A DNA stretch of 64,000 bases from Trichinella spiralis (lineage: Eukaryota): the NCBI RefSeq assembly GCF_000181795.1, contig NW_003526944.1, positions 2,531,434-2,595,433 on the forward strand, in the 5' to 3' direction. The notes beneath the pieces were generated by a model. The model did no database searches. It worked only from the letters and a program-made list of their open reading frames with translations, and was not told the origin of the DNA. The translations under genes and the position numbers were made by a program. Shown here piece by piece: positions 12,362 to 24,548 of the stretch. Every line of letters starts with the position of its first letter. The first letter of the stretch is position 1.

Positions 12362-14250
12362 TTAATAATAGTACTTTTTGGAAATGTGACTCGACAGTGT
12401 GGGTACAACGGTGGCAGTTGAATGGACACCGCTGCGGCGCCTGATGCCGAACACAATCATCAACATTGATGTGATTAGTACGGTTATGGTCAAACAGCTG
12501 CCCAGAATACCAACTGCAATCGGCGAAATACACACTGTGGATGATTGTTTGTGATTTTCTTCAGAGATAGGTTCTTCCAATTGAGCTGAAAAGTATTTTC
12601 ATCAGGTAAGGATGTGTTTAATAAGTTGAGCACCAGCGAAAAAGAAAATCATTACTGTAATCATTCAGTTCAGTGTCGTCTAAGACGTACACCGTTTGCG
12701 AAACCAAATCTGCAATCATATCGTTTGTTGCAGCACGTTTTTCTCTTCTCAGGTTATTTCTCTCCAATGCATCTGGCACAGGACTCGGGCATGCAGGTGG
12801 CTACAGTATTAATATTGTCACGTTTGAAATTTCAATTTTGAATTTGTTGTATTACTGTAATTCCAGCACAGCCTTCGTTTGTACGAAGACAGAGACGAAT
12901 TTGGCAAATGAAACGGACTGCAATTCGATCAGCAAATTTAAATACACTCGACTCTCGGTAGGCTACATTCAACGCCTCAACATAAGTGGGATCTCCAAGC
13001 AATAGACGATCCGTGTGACACCTTAAGAATCGGGAAAAGTGATATTGTAAAGCTTGAGCAATAATAGTAATGCTTTCTTTTTACCCTTGTTCATCGATAA
13101 CCATCACGCGTCTGCCTTGGCCATCTTCTACGAAGCAACTGTGAACCAGCATGCCGTAAACGCCTGAACAACAAATAGAAATAAAATCACAGTAAATTAA
13201 TTAATTTAATGGTGCAGTGAATTTACTGGTTTCACATTCCCATCGATGGACCACTTGTTGTCCAACGCGAGCATACTTCAACACTTCACCATCGAGTTCA
13301 TCTTTGCGAATTGTATACGAACAGCTCGGTTCAGGAAATGATTGTGCAATTTGAGTTACAGTAATTGGACTAAATTAAAAGGTTTTTGTTCAGTAATTCA
13401 ACAATGAATAGAAGAAAATTTCATTCAAATTCACGGACCTGACATTCAAATCATACGTTATACTCTTCTGCGTTTCTAGATATTCGCATTTAACATTATA
13501 AGCACGATCCATTTTTGTTATAAAGACTGGATGAAATGAGACAACAATGACAGTTGAAAACTGAACACCATGGGGATTGGTCTACAGGAATATTTTCATC
13601 AGTATATATATTTTTTTCTCTCCAACTTTTTAAAATGTGATTACGTACCGTTCGTAGGCGGTGCATACCGCATCGTCCATGTTTTATCCAAATTGTTCCA
13701 CCATCCGATGATTGGCCAGTAGCCGATTGCGTACTATTCCACCCAATCTGACATTCAGGACTCAAGTAATGCCCTTTTACGAATGCTTTACCTGAAGTGA
13801 ACAGGAACATTGTGGATAGTTTCATTCATTCATTCAGTTGTTGTTTATTTGTTTATTTCATTTTTATACTAATACCGGTAAATGCTTGACGTGTACGAAA
13901 ATGAAAAGCTACATAGTCCGTTCCGCATTGTATCACTGGGTCGCCTGCAGGGTCAGAAAGTAGAAAATTAATATCACAAAAGCATTTGAGCTTTAAATTC
14001 AACAGAATTTATTTGTAAACGGATTATTTGTGTTTTCAATATAAGAGCAGTTATGTTCGAAAAATGACGCTTAATTATATAGTTAAAGTGTGAAGTGTAA
14101 CGAACGTACTGATCTGATTGATTTTTGAAATTATTATTTATTTAAAACAGTTTTATTAAAGTTTTTTGAAAAATTTTCTTCTCTTTTCGTATACTTACCG
14201 GCCAGAGCATTTTGTTGGTTAATCGCCTGGACAATTGTGACCATGGTCAT
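12362..14250 (-). CDS. Cuticlin (CUT-1 family ZP-domain cuticle protein), multi-exon
   Basis: DPVIQCGTD..FRTRQAFTG|KAFVKGHY..C; CGMHRLRT; TVIVVSFHPVFITKMDRAYNVKC; PSCSYTIR; ARVGQQVVHRWEC; YGMLVHSCFVEDG; VFKFADR..VRFICQIRLC; furin-like RRKR; C-terminal TM segment; stop at 12362. The 5' end may extend further upstream. Confidence 0.9.
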
Positions 14251-17200
14251 CTAGAAAAATAGAAAATTGTCGAAAATCAATGCAACAAGTTGGACGGTCG
14301 TTTGAGTATAGTCTTAAGTGATTTTTGCGCGTATTGTGCTTGTACTAAGGAGCCGGTCTGGGTTAACCCTTCGACCTTGGCAACATCGGTCGTGGGGGGA
14401 AAATTTGGACAGTTGAAATGAATATTGCGCCATCGTTGATGCTGGCGGTAAATAGAATTTCAAATTTATCCCCTGCCTCACCCACAACTGACCGATCGAT
14501 TTTGACAAACAAACAAACCAATAAGTATATGATGGGAAAAAATTTTTTCCAATTACAACATTCCAATTTCCCAATTGTAATGTAATGTAGCGGTCGCAAT
14601 TATTTCAATTTCTTTGAAATTCTCTTTTCTCTGCTATTGGATACAAGGATGAAAAAAATGGAAAATCACGTGTCCATTAAATCGACCGAACGATGAAAGT
14701 TGTATTTTCTTTGAAAAGTAGAGGAATTTTTATGTAGATGCTTTTTATTTAAAATGAAAAAAACAGCACTCCTGCAGTTTGGAATGACCATTTTGCTTTA
14801 TTGTATTTTGCTCGTATTCTTCTTCTCTGTTCAACCGCTGCTATTCACGGTTGTCCTGTAATATGATCCTTTTGTGGAAGTTTTATTTCTCAAATTTTAT
14901 TGCCTTTCCAAAGTTGTACTTTGAAAAATATATTAATTTCCACTGCTGTAGTAGTAGTAGTAGTAGTAAAAGGAAAATGAAAAAAATTTTCTCTCATCTA
15001 GCTCAATTATTCACAGAAGTTCCAAGCATAAGTCGCTTCGGCGGGGAGGGGGCCGGAGGTATATTACAAATTTCGTTTTGCGGTTTTTGTGGACGTGGCC
15101 TTTGGAGAAGAAGAAGAAGAAGCCCTCGTAAATGTGTTAGCTTTACTCTTGTGAAGCGGATGTTCACGGGGATCAGTTTTCTTTTCACACTGCACTGTGG
15201 TGATAACGCGCCGGGTTTGAGAGGGAAAAAACAAAGTTTAAAAGGTGACAACAGGCGGTCAACGGTCACAAATTTCTACACTATTCAATATGCACTGGAT
15301 ATTTATTTATTTGTTGATTGATCGACGACCACGACACGGGCCGGGCACGCGTACATTTTTTCACCACTCTGTTGTTTATTTTGAACAAACAAATAAGCTG
15401 TTTTGTTCAATTGTGGATACAATACTGTAGTTGGTTTTTAGTGTTGAATTATATATATTTATTAATTTATAATTTTAATATTTCTATTTCTATTTGTATG
15501 TTGTGTTGGAAAAGCAGAAATTTGCAGAAAGAATGCGCATCGGAATTGGGATTGATTGATTAGTTGAAAGTGAGATGGAAAAGGGCAAAAAATAATAAAG
15601 TATTTAATTTCATCACTTACCACGGAGAAGAAGAGTAGTGGGATATTTTCCACTGATGGTAGCATAGGTGATAGCAAAGCGGCTGTGTGGATCTTTAAGG
15701 CGCGGTATGGGAAATTTTTTCCACGCAAGCTCTGGATCGCTCTTTTTGATTAGTTTGTCACAATTTGACCTGACCTTGTATAGTGCTGTTGGGATTTTAA
15801 AAACAAAACACAACAAGGTCGCCAATTACAACGCAGCTGTCCAACCAACGGCGGTTGTGGGATCTGGCCTTATTCTGTTGTTGTTGTTAAATAAGCCAAG
15901 CTAATGAAGAATATCCGGTGATGTTTTTTTGTTGTTGTTACAACGATTTTCAAATGTGCTGAACCAACCGACCGACTGATTTCAACTTTGCAATGATATA
16001 CATATATATATATGTATATGTGTTTCTTTTTCTGCTCAACTAAGATCACTACTGTGCAGTGAGAATATAAAAAGCTTTCACAATTCGACTGTGATTTGTC
16101 GAATAGCTTCAACTCCGCCTCCACCAATAAATAAGTCGATAAGTGATGTGACGTTCCATTGGTCGCGAGCAAGCGACTGGCATTTCAAGTTCTCTGCGAG
16201 ATGAGAGAGAGAGAAAGAAATAGATTGAGTGAGAATATGTCCAGTCAGAGAGAGCAACAGAAAGCTGGTTGGGGACAGGGGGGGGAGGGGCTATCCAATG
16301 TTGGCCTTGGACAGTGCATCGGCCGAGGGTCATTTGCCCGTTATGACGGAATGCGATCGTCGGTTTTCCGTATGGGCGATGCCAATTGCCTGAAATTTTA
16401 CGCTAAACACCTGCACTAATTTTGGTGGAATTCTTTTCGTTTAGCCTTCGGATGGCGGTCACTTTTTCTCCAATTTTTCCACCACCACCACCACCACCAC
16501 AGAACAAACTGACTACAAATGTTCTGTTCGTTCGACCTTCGATTCTCCAACATACCCCCATATATTTCACGGTCTAATTTCTTTTTCATTTTTTAACTAA
16601 TAATCACCAAAGAGGAACCATGCCCTGTGAGCTTTTTCATTTTTATGCTACAAAGAAATTGAAAAGAGACGACTCAAATGTGATGTTCCGTTGCCATTTG
16701 TTAGCTTTTATTAATCAATGGATGAATGGATGCTTTTTTCTTTTGATTTATGTTTCATCAATTCCCATTGAAGCATACGTGTGACAAAAATGGCTCCTTT
16801 CAATCTCTGAGCTAACTGTATATTATCACTCAAAGGTAAATTTAACAGCTTCAACAAATCGGATCAAATTGAATCGAATTTAAATAGTTCAGAATCAGAT
16901 GTGAACAAATTTGATAATCAATTTTCAATATTTTTGTTGTTTTTGTTGTTGTTGACAGCGTTTTTGTAAATAAAATGAAAATTTGCTTTTTTCTGTGCTG
17001 ATAATGCAACGACTGAATGATTTCATCGATGAGAAGCATTATCGTCTCAATGGCTTGTTTGTCCACTGTAGCCAATAAAACATGTAGTCATCATTGATCG
17101 AGGAGGAGTTGTCTGTTGTTCACATCACACTTGAATCATCATCATCATCATTATTTTTGTCTATCTATACGTATCAAATACTACGTTGCAACGGGACATT

Positions 17201-20097
17201 TGTAGGATATGCTAATTTTGAAGCTTTCTTTTCGTTCGCGTGTTGATTTGATCACACTGGCAACAAACAACACAGCACAATGAAGCATTGTTATTGATTT
17301 TATTTTCAGCTTTGTCGCTGAGAAAAATTCACAGATGTTACTTTGAAAAAAATTTTTCAGTGCTTTTCATCTTTCCAATTGTCTTTTTATTGTTCTTCAA
17401 CGCCGGAAGTAACAAAAAAATTTAGAAAAAGCTACACACACAAATCGGTACAGAAAGCTATTTAAGAGATTTTAAAGAAATAAAATGTTTTTCTTTTTGC
17501 TTTTGCTTTTCAGGACTTTTTCTGAAGATACTAATTTTAACATTTTTATTTTAAAGACAGTTTCTTTTCATTGTTTGTTTTTTTTAAATTAATAATTAAT
17601 TTCGGATACGCTTGTTCATTATGTGGACTGTGCAAATTGCAAAGCGTAATTTTCTTTTTTCAAAAATCAGTTCAACAATATTAATTTTACAGATTTTACT
17701 TGTTCAGAGTTTTTGCTTGTCAGTGTGAGAAATATGCAAAACAGAAACTGATACAAATCGCTTTCAAGCGTGCATTTTATAGAACTGCAGAAATTTTTTT
17801 GAAAGATATTTAGGTTTCACACGTGACGTGGCTTATCACTGTCACTGCTATCTTACTGTAGTGATGTACTAAAAATAATATTTAAAAAATTTTCAAATTG
17901 CGCGCCTTTTTCTTCCATGTTTAAAAATCGGTGTAAAATTCAGTCGGTTTATAATTCACGTAGTGGCGGTTCATTTGTGTTATTTCAATTAGCATCTATT
18001 AATGCGGCGGCGTAGTGCAAGTGAAATATTTTCGGAAATTTTTTACATTTGATTACATTAAATAAACAAATAAACATTTGTAAATGGGTTGAAAGTTTTG
18101 AAAATAATATTTTGTTTCCATCCGAGGTTTATACTTGACTTTCTTTTTACTGTAATATTTATCAGTTATTTGCAGTAGTATGCCATTTCTCAAGTTGTGT
18201 TTAATGTTTTTCACTTGTTCAATATTTATATGTACACTTTTTTTGCATAGACTTTTTTATTCTGATTGTTATTTTGTGCACGATTTTTGTGTTCCAAGTG
18301 AACAAATTTCATTTCTTTCTCTTCTCAGCAGCCAGAGTTGTCATGATAGCTTGCAGTGGTATTGTGTTGTTCGTTTGTGTAAATTGCCGGTGATATTGTT
18401 CAGTGGAGAGTTTAACGACACGAATGTTTGATTAATTTAAGAATTAAAATGTGTTTATTTCAAAAAAAATTTTTTTCTTATTTCCACCAGTTTCTCCACC
18501 ACAGCTCGGTTTGTTTCTTTTATCTTCATTGTTCAAAAATGTTGCTGTAAAATTTGAAATTTTAATATTAATACTGAAAAGCTGTCGATCAAATGTCAAT
18601 TGGATAAAAGTTGAAGTATATATATATATTTTTTTGTTTTTAATATTTCGATATTAGTTTTTGAATTCGGCTTGTTCATAAGTTGTGCACTGACTTGCTT
18701 CTTTTTGATGACGTCGAATTTGTATTTATCTTTATTTTTCTTCTTCAGTATTAACTTTTCAATTGTATTGTTGTTGAAGTTTCAGCAATCTAGTTTTAAT
18801 GATAAAATTGATTAATAATAGCAATATTATTATTATTATTATCATTATTATTCCGTGTTCAACTTTTGCCTTTTAGTCGATAAATCTTGCCTGCTGTCGG
18901 CGAGCAGTTTTTATCGACTTTTCGTACCGGCTTGTGACGCTTCTCTTTGGAAATGCTCAGTTTTTCCCCCTGTGCTTTTGATGTTGCTTTGTTTCAAAAT
19001 TGTCGTTTAATTGTGTCAAATTTTTTCGGCATCTTACAGTGCATTCGAAAGGCAGGCAACCTTCGAAATGGCAACCGTCTAGTTGAGGTGTCATCGTGTT
19101 CTTTAACTTAGCCATGACGTTGCTGTTGTTCAATGAACATCATCATCATCATCATCATCAGCATTACTTGGCCCAGTGAACGCGTTCTTTTTCACCATTC
19201 CATTGTCCAATTCTGGTCTGATTGTGTGCACTTGCTGTGGTTTTATTTGAGTTTCTCTTTTTTCTCTCTTCAGAGAAGAAGGTGGCGAACAACAAATATG
19301 CGAAATTATCCATCCTTGGAATCTGTATTATTTTATTCATGGTGAAAGAATAATTTGGATTGCTTTTTTATTCGATTTTATTTTTCTTGTATTTTTGCTT
19401 ATTAATTTTCCTCTTTTTCCTGTTCTTCGCTAATTGCAGTGGTGTTTCTCGAAATGGGTATTTTTGCATGTGTGTTGGCTTTGAAGAAATAAGTTAATTT
19501 TTTTTCCAAATTATATTTCAATGGTTCTGCGTCTGTTGTGTTGCTCCTCGGCTATTTCTGACGTGTGGACGGTGAAACTTCCGCTTCGATCAATTTAAAA
19601 TTCACGTTTAAGCCATTTTGCGGTGTCGATTTTGTGTGCGCTTGTTTGTCATTTTCTACTGCACTTCCAATGTCACACTGATCATCGTGATCAACACTTA
19701 TCGGCTTGAAAATTGATAGATTTCAGTATTAATTTTATCAAAGAACATTTGAATAGTACTGTCATGTAAAATTATACAACGGTGGTTGAGATTGTTGTGC
19801 AGCTATAAGTGGGGAGGGGGGGGGGAGGATTTTTTTTTGTTGATATTCTTTTTCTAAAATTGCTCGCTTTCTAATTTTCACTCTGTTTTAGGTGTACAGT
19901 TCTGTAATATATAAGTAATATTTTCCTGCATCATTACCATCGCCGTGTTAATATTACACCACTTGTCTGTAGTTCTCTGTGAGCGGTACGTTTTTGTACT
20001 GTTGTACAAAAGGACTGTAATTCAACGCGATTGTTATTGTACAATTATAATATTCACCTCCATTTTCTGTTCTTCTCTAAATTGTCCATAACAATAC

Positions 20098-23000
20098 ATG
20101 GCTGATCAACAGTGGAGCAAGAAAAGACCTTGGAATACATCAACTTCAGGTAAAATATTCGAAAGTTTTAATTTTATTTTTTTTCTGATATGTCGTTGTA
20201 TTTTTATATCTGATGATGTAGGACATGACTTTTTTAATCATTGATGTCAAACTTTCTAACGTAGCATGAATTGAATTGCATTGATGACTGACAGAGATAA
20301 TTGTTTTTTTTTTCTTTAAAATACTGCTGTTTTTCTTATAGTATGTATGATGGAGAGGTGTTGATTTTCTTTTTGTTTTTAACCAGATATATGTACATTT
20401 GCCATTCTTTGTAGAGCATGTGGTTAGCAATCCTATTATGGTCCAGGGGATGGCTGCGCATCATCAGGGTCGTAGTGAGGTGATTTCACCGAGATCGTCC
20501 GAATCGTCTGGTTTGTGCGTGAAAATGGTGGAGAAAGTGCTCAGTTCATCACCAACTGTGGTCAACTCGAAATACGTACGAAAATATGCTTACTTTTGTA
20601 CAGTCTTGTGTTCTGCTTTGCCAGTTGATGTCATTTCATTTTTAGGATTCCAAAGTGAAATCCATCGACAATAACGAATTGCAAATTCAAAATCCCCTTA
20701 CCAATGGAGTTGAGACGAAATGGTAAGCCACATTATTTTGCGTTCATCATCAACAATGTCACAATTTATTTTACGATCAGTTTTTTTAAATCTGCATTTC
20801 ATTGCATTTTGTACGATAAACTGCAATTTCAGATTTAAAGGGGGAGGGGGGAATGAATTTTTTTTTCGTTTATGGTCAAACTTTTTTATTGGAAGCTGAA
20901 ATCGCTTTTGACAAAACGAAATGCTTTCAGCGATGGTAACAATGTTGACGGCAGCGACAGCGACACTTGTTCAGTTATGCTGCCGAATTCGAGCTTAAAT
21001 GACAGTGGAAATTGTTTTTCCGTTTCCGATTCGAACACTTTGGACGTTATCAGCAGCTATAGTTACAATGATCCGTTGACAAGCAATGGTACAAGCTTGT
21101 CGAACACTTTCGACGGACAAGGCATGCTCTCCGACTACAACAACGTATTTGAGAAAAAGAAAATTCAATTTGTTCGTGTTATTTATTTATTTAAATTTTC
21201 TTCAGTTGTTCAGTGCACGCGCCCACAACAGCAGCAATTTGCAGATGATGCAACAATATGCCGCATGGCAACAGATGAGCTACATGAATCCGTACTGTAT
21301 GCCTGGTGGAGCAGATCAATTTGGGCAACCTTTGCTTTATGGTGGTAGCTTTGCATAGGAAAATTGTTTTCAATAATAAGAATAATAATAATTTGTTTTT
21401 GATTTTTGTTGTTCAGGTCAATTTATGCCGCAGTTCTATTCTTATCCAAACGGATGGATGTATCCGACGACGACGAATTTGTTGCAAGGCCAGGCGAATA
21501 CTCAACAACAAGCAGCAGGTGGAAATCTGAACTCTGCCAGTGCGACCAATTTGAATCAACATCACCAGCATCATCACCAGCACATACCGACTTTCACCAG
21601 TGCTGATGGGGATACGTCTTTGCCAATTGGCGGTGGCAGTCATCAGCAGCATCAACAGCAACAGCAGCATCAGCAGCAGCAACAGCAGCATGGATTGCAG
21701 AGTGAGAAATATTTCCGAAGTGGTAATAGTACTATGAAATGTGCAGACAAACTGTTGCCGTTAGGGAACTTTCCACCGCTTATTGGTCCTCCGTCGGCGC
21801 CATTTTTTGATCACACCGGTCCAGTGTACATGCCGAATTCCAAGCCTCTGCCAACAATGCGAGTTATTCCACCTGCACCGCCGGTGATTTTGAACCCACC
21901 CGGTCAGTCTGGATTGTACTTGGGATGGAGACAAAAATATTGTTGCTTTATTTCACAAATATATTGTAATTTCAGGAAATGCTAGCGGATTGGACCATCG
22001 TATTTCTAGTAGTCCACCGCCTTCGACCCCGTTTGGAAGTAGTCCCGTGACAACGAATTCTTTTTTCTCATCGTCGTTGTTAAATTTTGGCCATTCATCC
22101 TATCAACAGCAACCGCAGACCGTCAATGGAAACTGTGCGAATTCGATTTCATCTCTCACATCCGCTCTGGCTAATATGTGTAAGTTCAACGTTGAAAACT
22201 GTTCCTGTTGTATTATTTTCATTATCATTATTATGTTTTCTGTTTTATTGTTTTGTTTCGCTTTTAAGCGTTCAATCAGAATGCTGTTGGCATACAGCCG
22301 AGGAGAGATTCGTTTTCTCAGCAACCGTTTGCGATGAAGCCGTCCAACACTGCTGCTGCTGCTGCAGCAGCAAGCGCAGTTCCGTATTACAACTCGCCCA
22401 CAATGAGCATGTTCAACATGAATCAGAACGGTCCACCGCCCGGTATTTGGGGAAGCAGTTCGCCGAGCTTGTTCAGCATGCGAGCCAGTAAGCAATTGAC
22501 TTGACGGTTTTTTGCATAATTTACTTGTTATCTGGGTTTGTCAAGGTTCGAACGCCGCAACGGCGAGCTTGTTCAATACGGCTCTTGTTCAGCCGAACGG
22601 AAGCTTGTTCCACTCGATGCAATCCCAGCATGCGCGAACAAAGCTGGCACGCCATGTATTCCAGCGCGACCAGGGCAGCAGTCATCGTAGCAGGTTGTTG
22701 GAAGATTTTCGCAACAACCGTTTTCCAACCTTGCAGCTACGAGACGTCACGAATCACGTCGTCGAATTTGCCCAAGACCAGTACGGATCTCGGTGAGAAA
22801 ATGGAACCACGAACCAACAGAAACAATATGATATATGTATATGAAATAATATATTATTTTTATTGTAGATTTATTCAACAAAAATTGGAAAGAGCCAACA
22901 TGCAAGATCGGCAGATGGTCTTTTCTGAGATAATTGAATCTGCTCAGATGTTGATGACTGATGTGTTTGGCAATTATGTAATACAAAAATTTTTCGAATT

Positions 23001-24409
23001 CGGTACTGTTGAGCAGAAGAATGAACTAGCCCGTGTGCTACGGCCGAACGTGCTTGCGCTCGCATTGCAAATGTACGGCTGTCGTGTTATTCAAAAATGT
23101 CTCGAAGCAGTCGATCATGAACAGCAGGTGGTTTGGATAAGAATGAAAATCATATTATCAATGAATATCAGTTGTTTTTTTTTGTTTTCAAGAGAGAAAT
23201 TGTCAAAGAGCTTGAAGGAAATATTCTGAAATGCGTGAAGGATCAGAACGGCAATCACGTCATTCAGAAAATCATCGAAACTGTCGATCCGAAAAGTTTG
23301 CAGTTTGTAATCGACGCTTTTAAAGATCAAGTGAGTAATGATGATTGAGCGATGAGATGATGAGAATGTGAGATGTGGTGGTGTATTTTTTTATAATTCA
23401 ATTTTCAAAGGTTTTTGCATTGTCTACACATTCTTATGGTTGTCGTGTGATACAACGAATTTTGGAACACTGCATGATGGAACAGAAGAAACCAATACTC
23501 GAAGAACTGCATCAGCATATTAAAAGTTTGGTTTGCGATCAGTACGGTAACTATGTTATTCAGCACGTTCTCGAACATGGTCAAGCCGAAGATAAAAGTC
23601 GTATTATCAAAGAGATGCGCGAAGAGATTCTCCGTTATTCTCAGCACAAATTTGCCAGGTAAACTTTTGTATAAACAGAAAAATAATTACCAATCAATTC
23701 TCATCATATATAGTTCATTATTTCTATGCAAATATCAATAATTTTTCAATATTTTTTCAAAATACATTCATACATACATATATTTGTTTTACATGATAGT
23801 TTTTGTCGTTTAAAATTTTTTTCTTTTCTACATGTATAGCAATGTTGTTGAGAAATGCGTTTGTTTTGCAACTGCTGAAGAGAGGAACTGTTTGATCAGT
23901 GAAATTTTGAATTGCAATGACACTACAGAGTATGATGATGCTTTTTTAAAACTGCTTAATTTAAGCAATTTTAATAATTATATCCATATATATATATTTA
24001 TAATGTATTTTGTTTTGTTGTTTGATCAGCACCGGTGTTGGAAATTCTGGAGTACTTGTCGCCATGATGAAAGATCAGTACGCGAATTACGTTGTGCAAA
24101 AGTTGCTCGACGTGGCTGATCCGTCCCAGCGGAAGAGATTGATGCAAAACATCCGACCGCACGTGCCACAGTTGAGACGATTCACATATGGAAAGCACAT
24201 TCTCTGTAAGTTTTTCATTTTCTTCTATTTGTTTTCCTATTTTGATTATATCAATTATGTATGATTTAAAATATCAGCATTTGAATATGTGTAGTATATA
24301 TACTTATATATGTATTTTTTTGTATTTTGCAGCAAAATTGGAAAAGTATTTTCAAAAGCACAACAACCCACACACTCCACAAGCAGCTGGTGACATTACT
24401 GCCAGTTAA
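20098..24409 (+). CDS. pum: Pumilio-family (PUF) RNA-binding protein, PUM1/PUM2/Drosophila pum-like, ~15 coding exons
   Basis: N-terminal [23 protein letters not shown] motif; Q/H-rich region; [18 protein letters not shown] followed by eight PUF repeats ([72 protein letters not shown]) and [20 protein letters not shown] at 24407-24409. The first exon ([12 protein letters not shown]) is less certain. Confidence 0.95.
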
Positions 24410-24492
24410 TCGATCGATCATGTAAAAACAGTGATCTATCTGTATGCTTTTCATTTTTCATTCATCAAGATAAATGCGTTCAGTTTTGAATG

Positions 24493-24495
<3 letters not shown>

Positions 24496-24548
<53 letters not shown>
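24496..24548. repeat. Compound (TA)n(GT)n microsatellite in the Pumilio 3' UTR
   Basis: About 20 TA units followed directly by about 6 GT units. Confidence 0.95.

Noticed and set aside
14851..17075. Cluster of 60-156 aa ORFs between cuticlin and Pumilio
   Set aside because: Low-complexity F/L/I/K-rich translations typical of AT-rich noncoding DNA; no motifs and no coherent exon chain.
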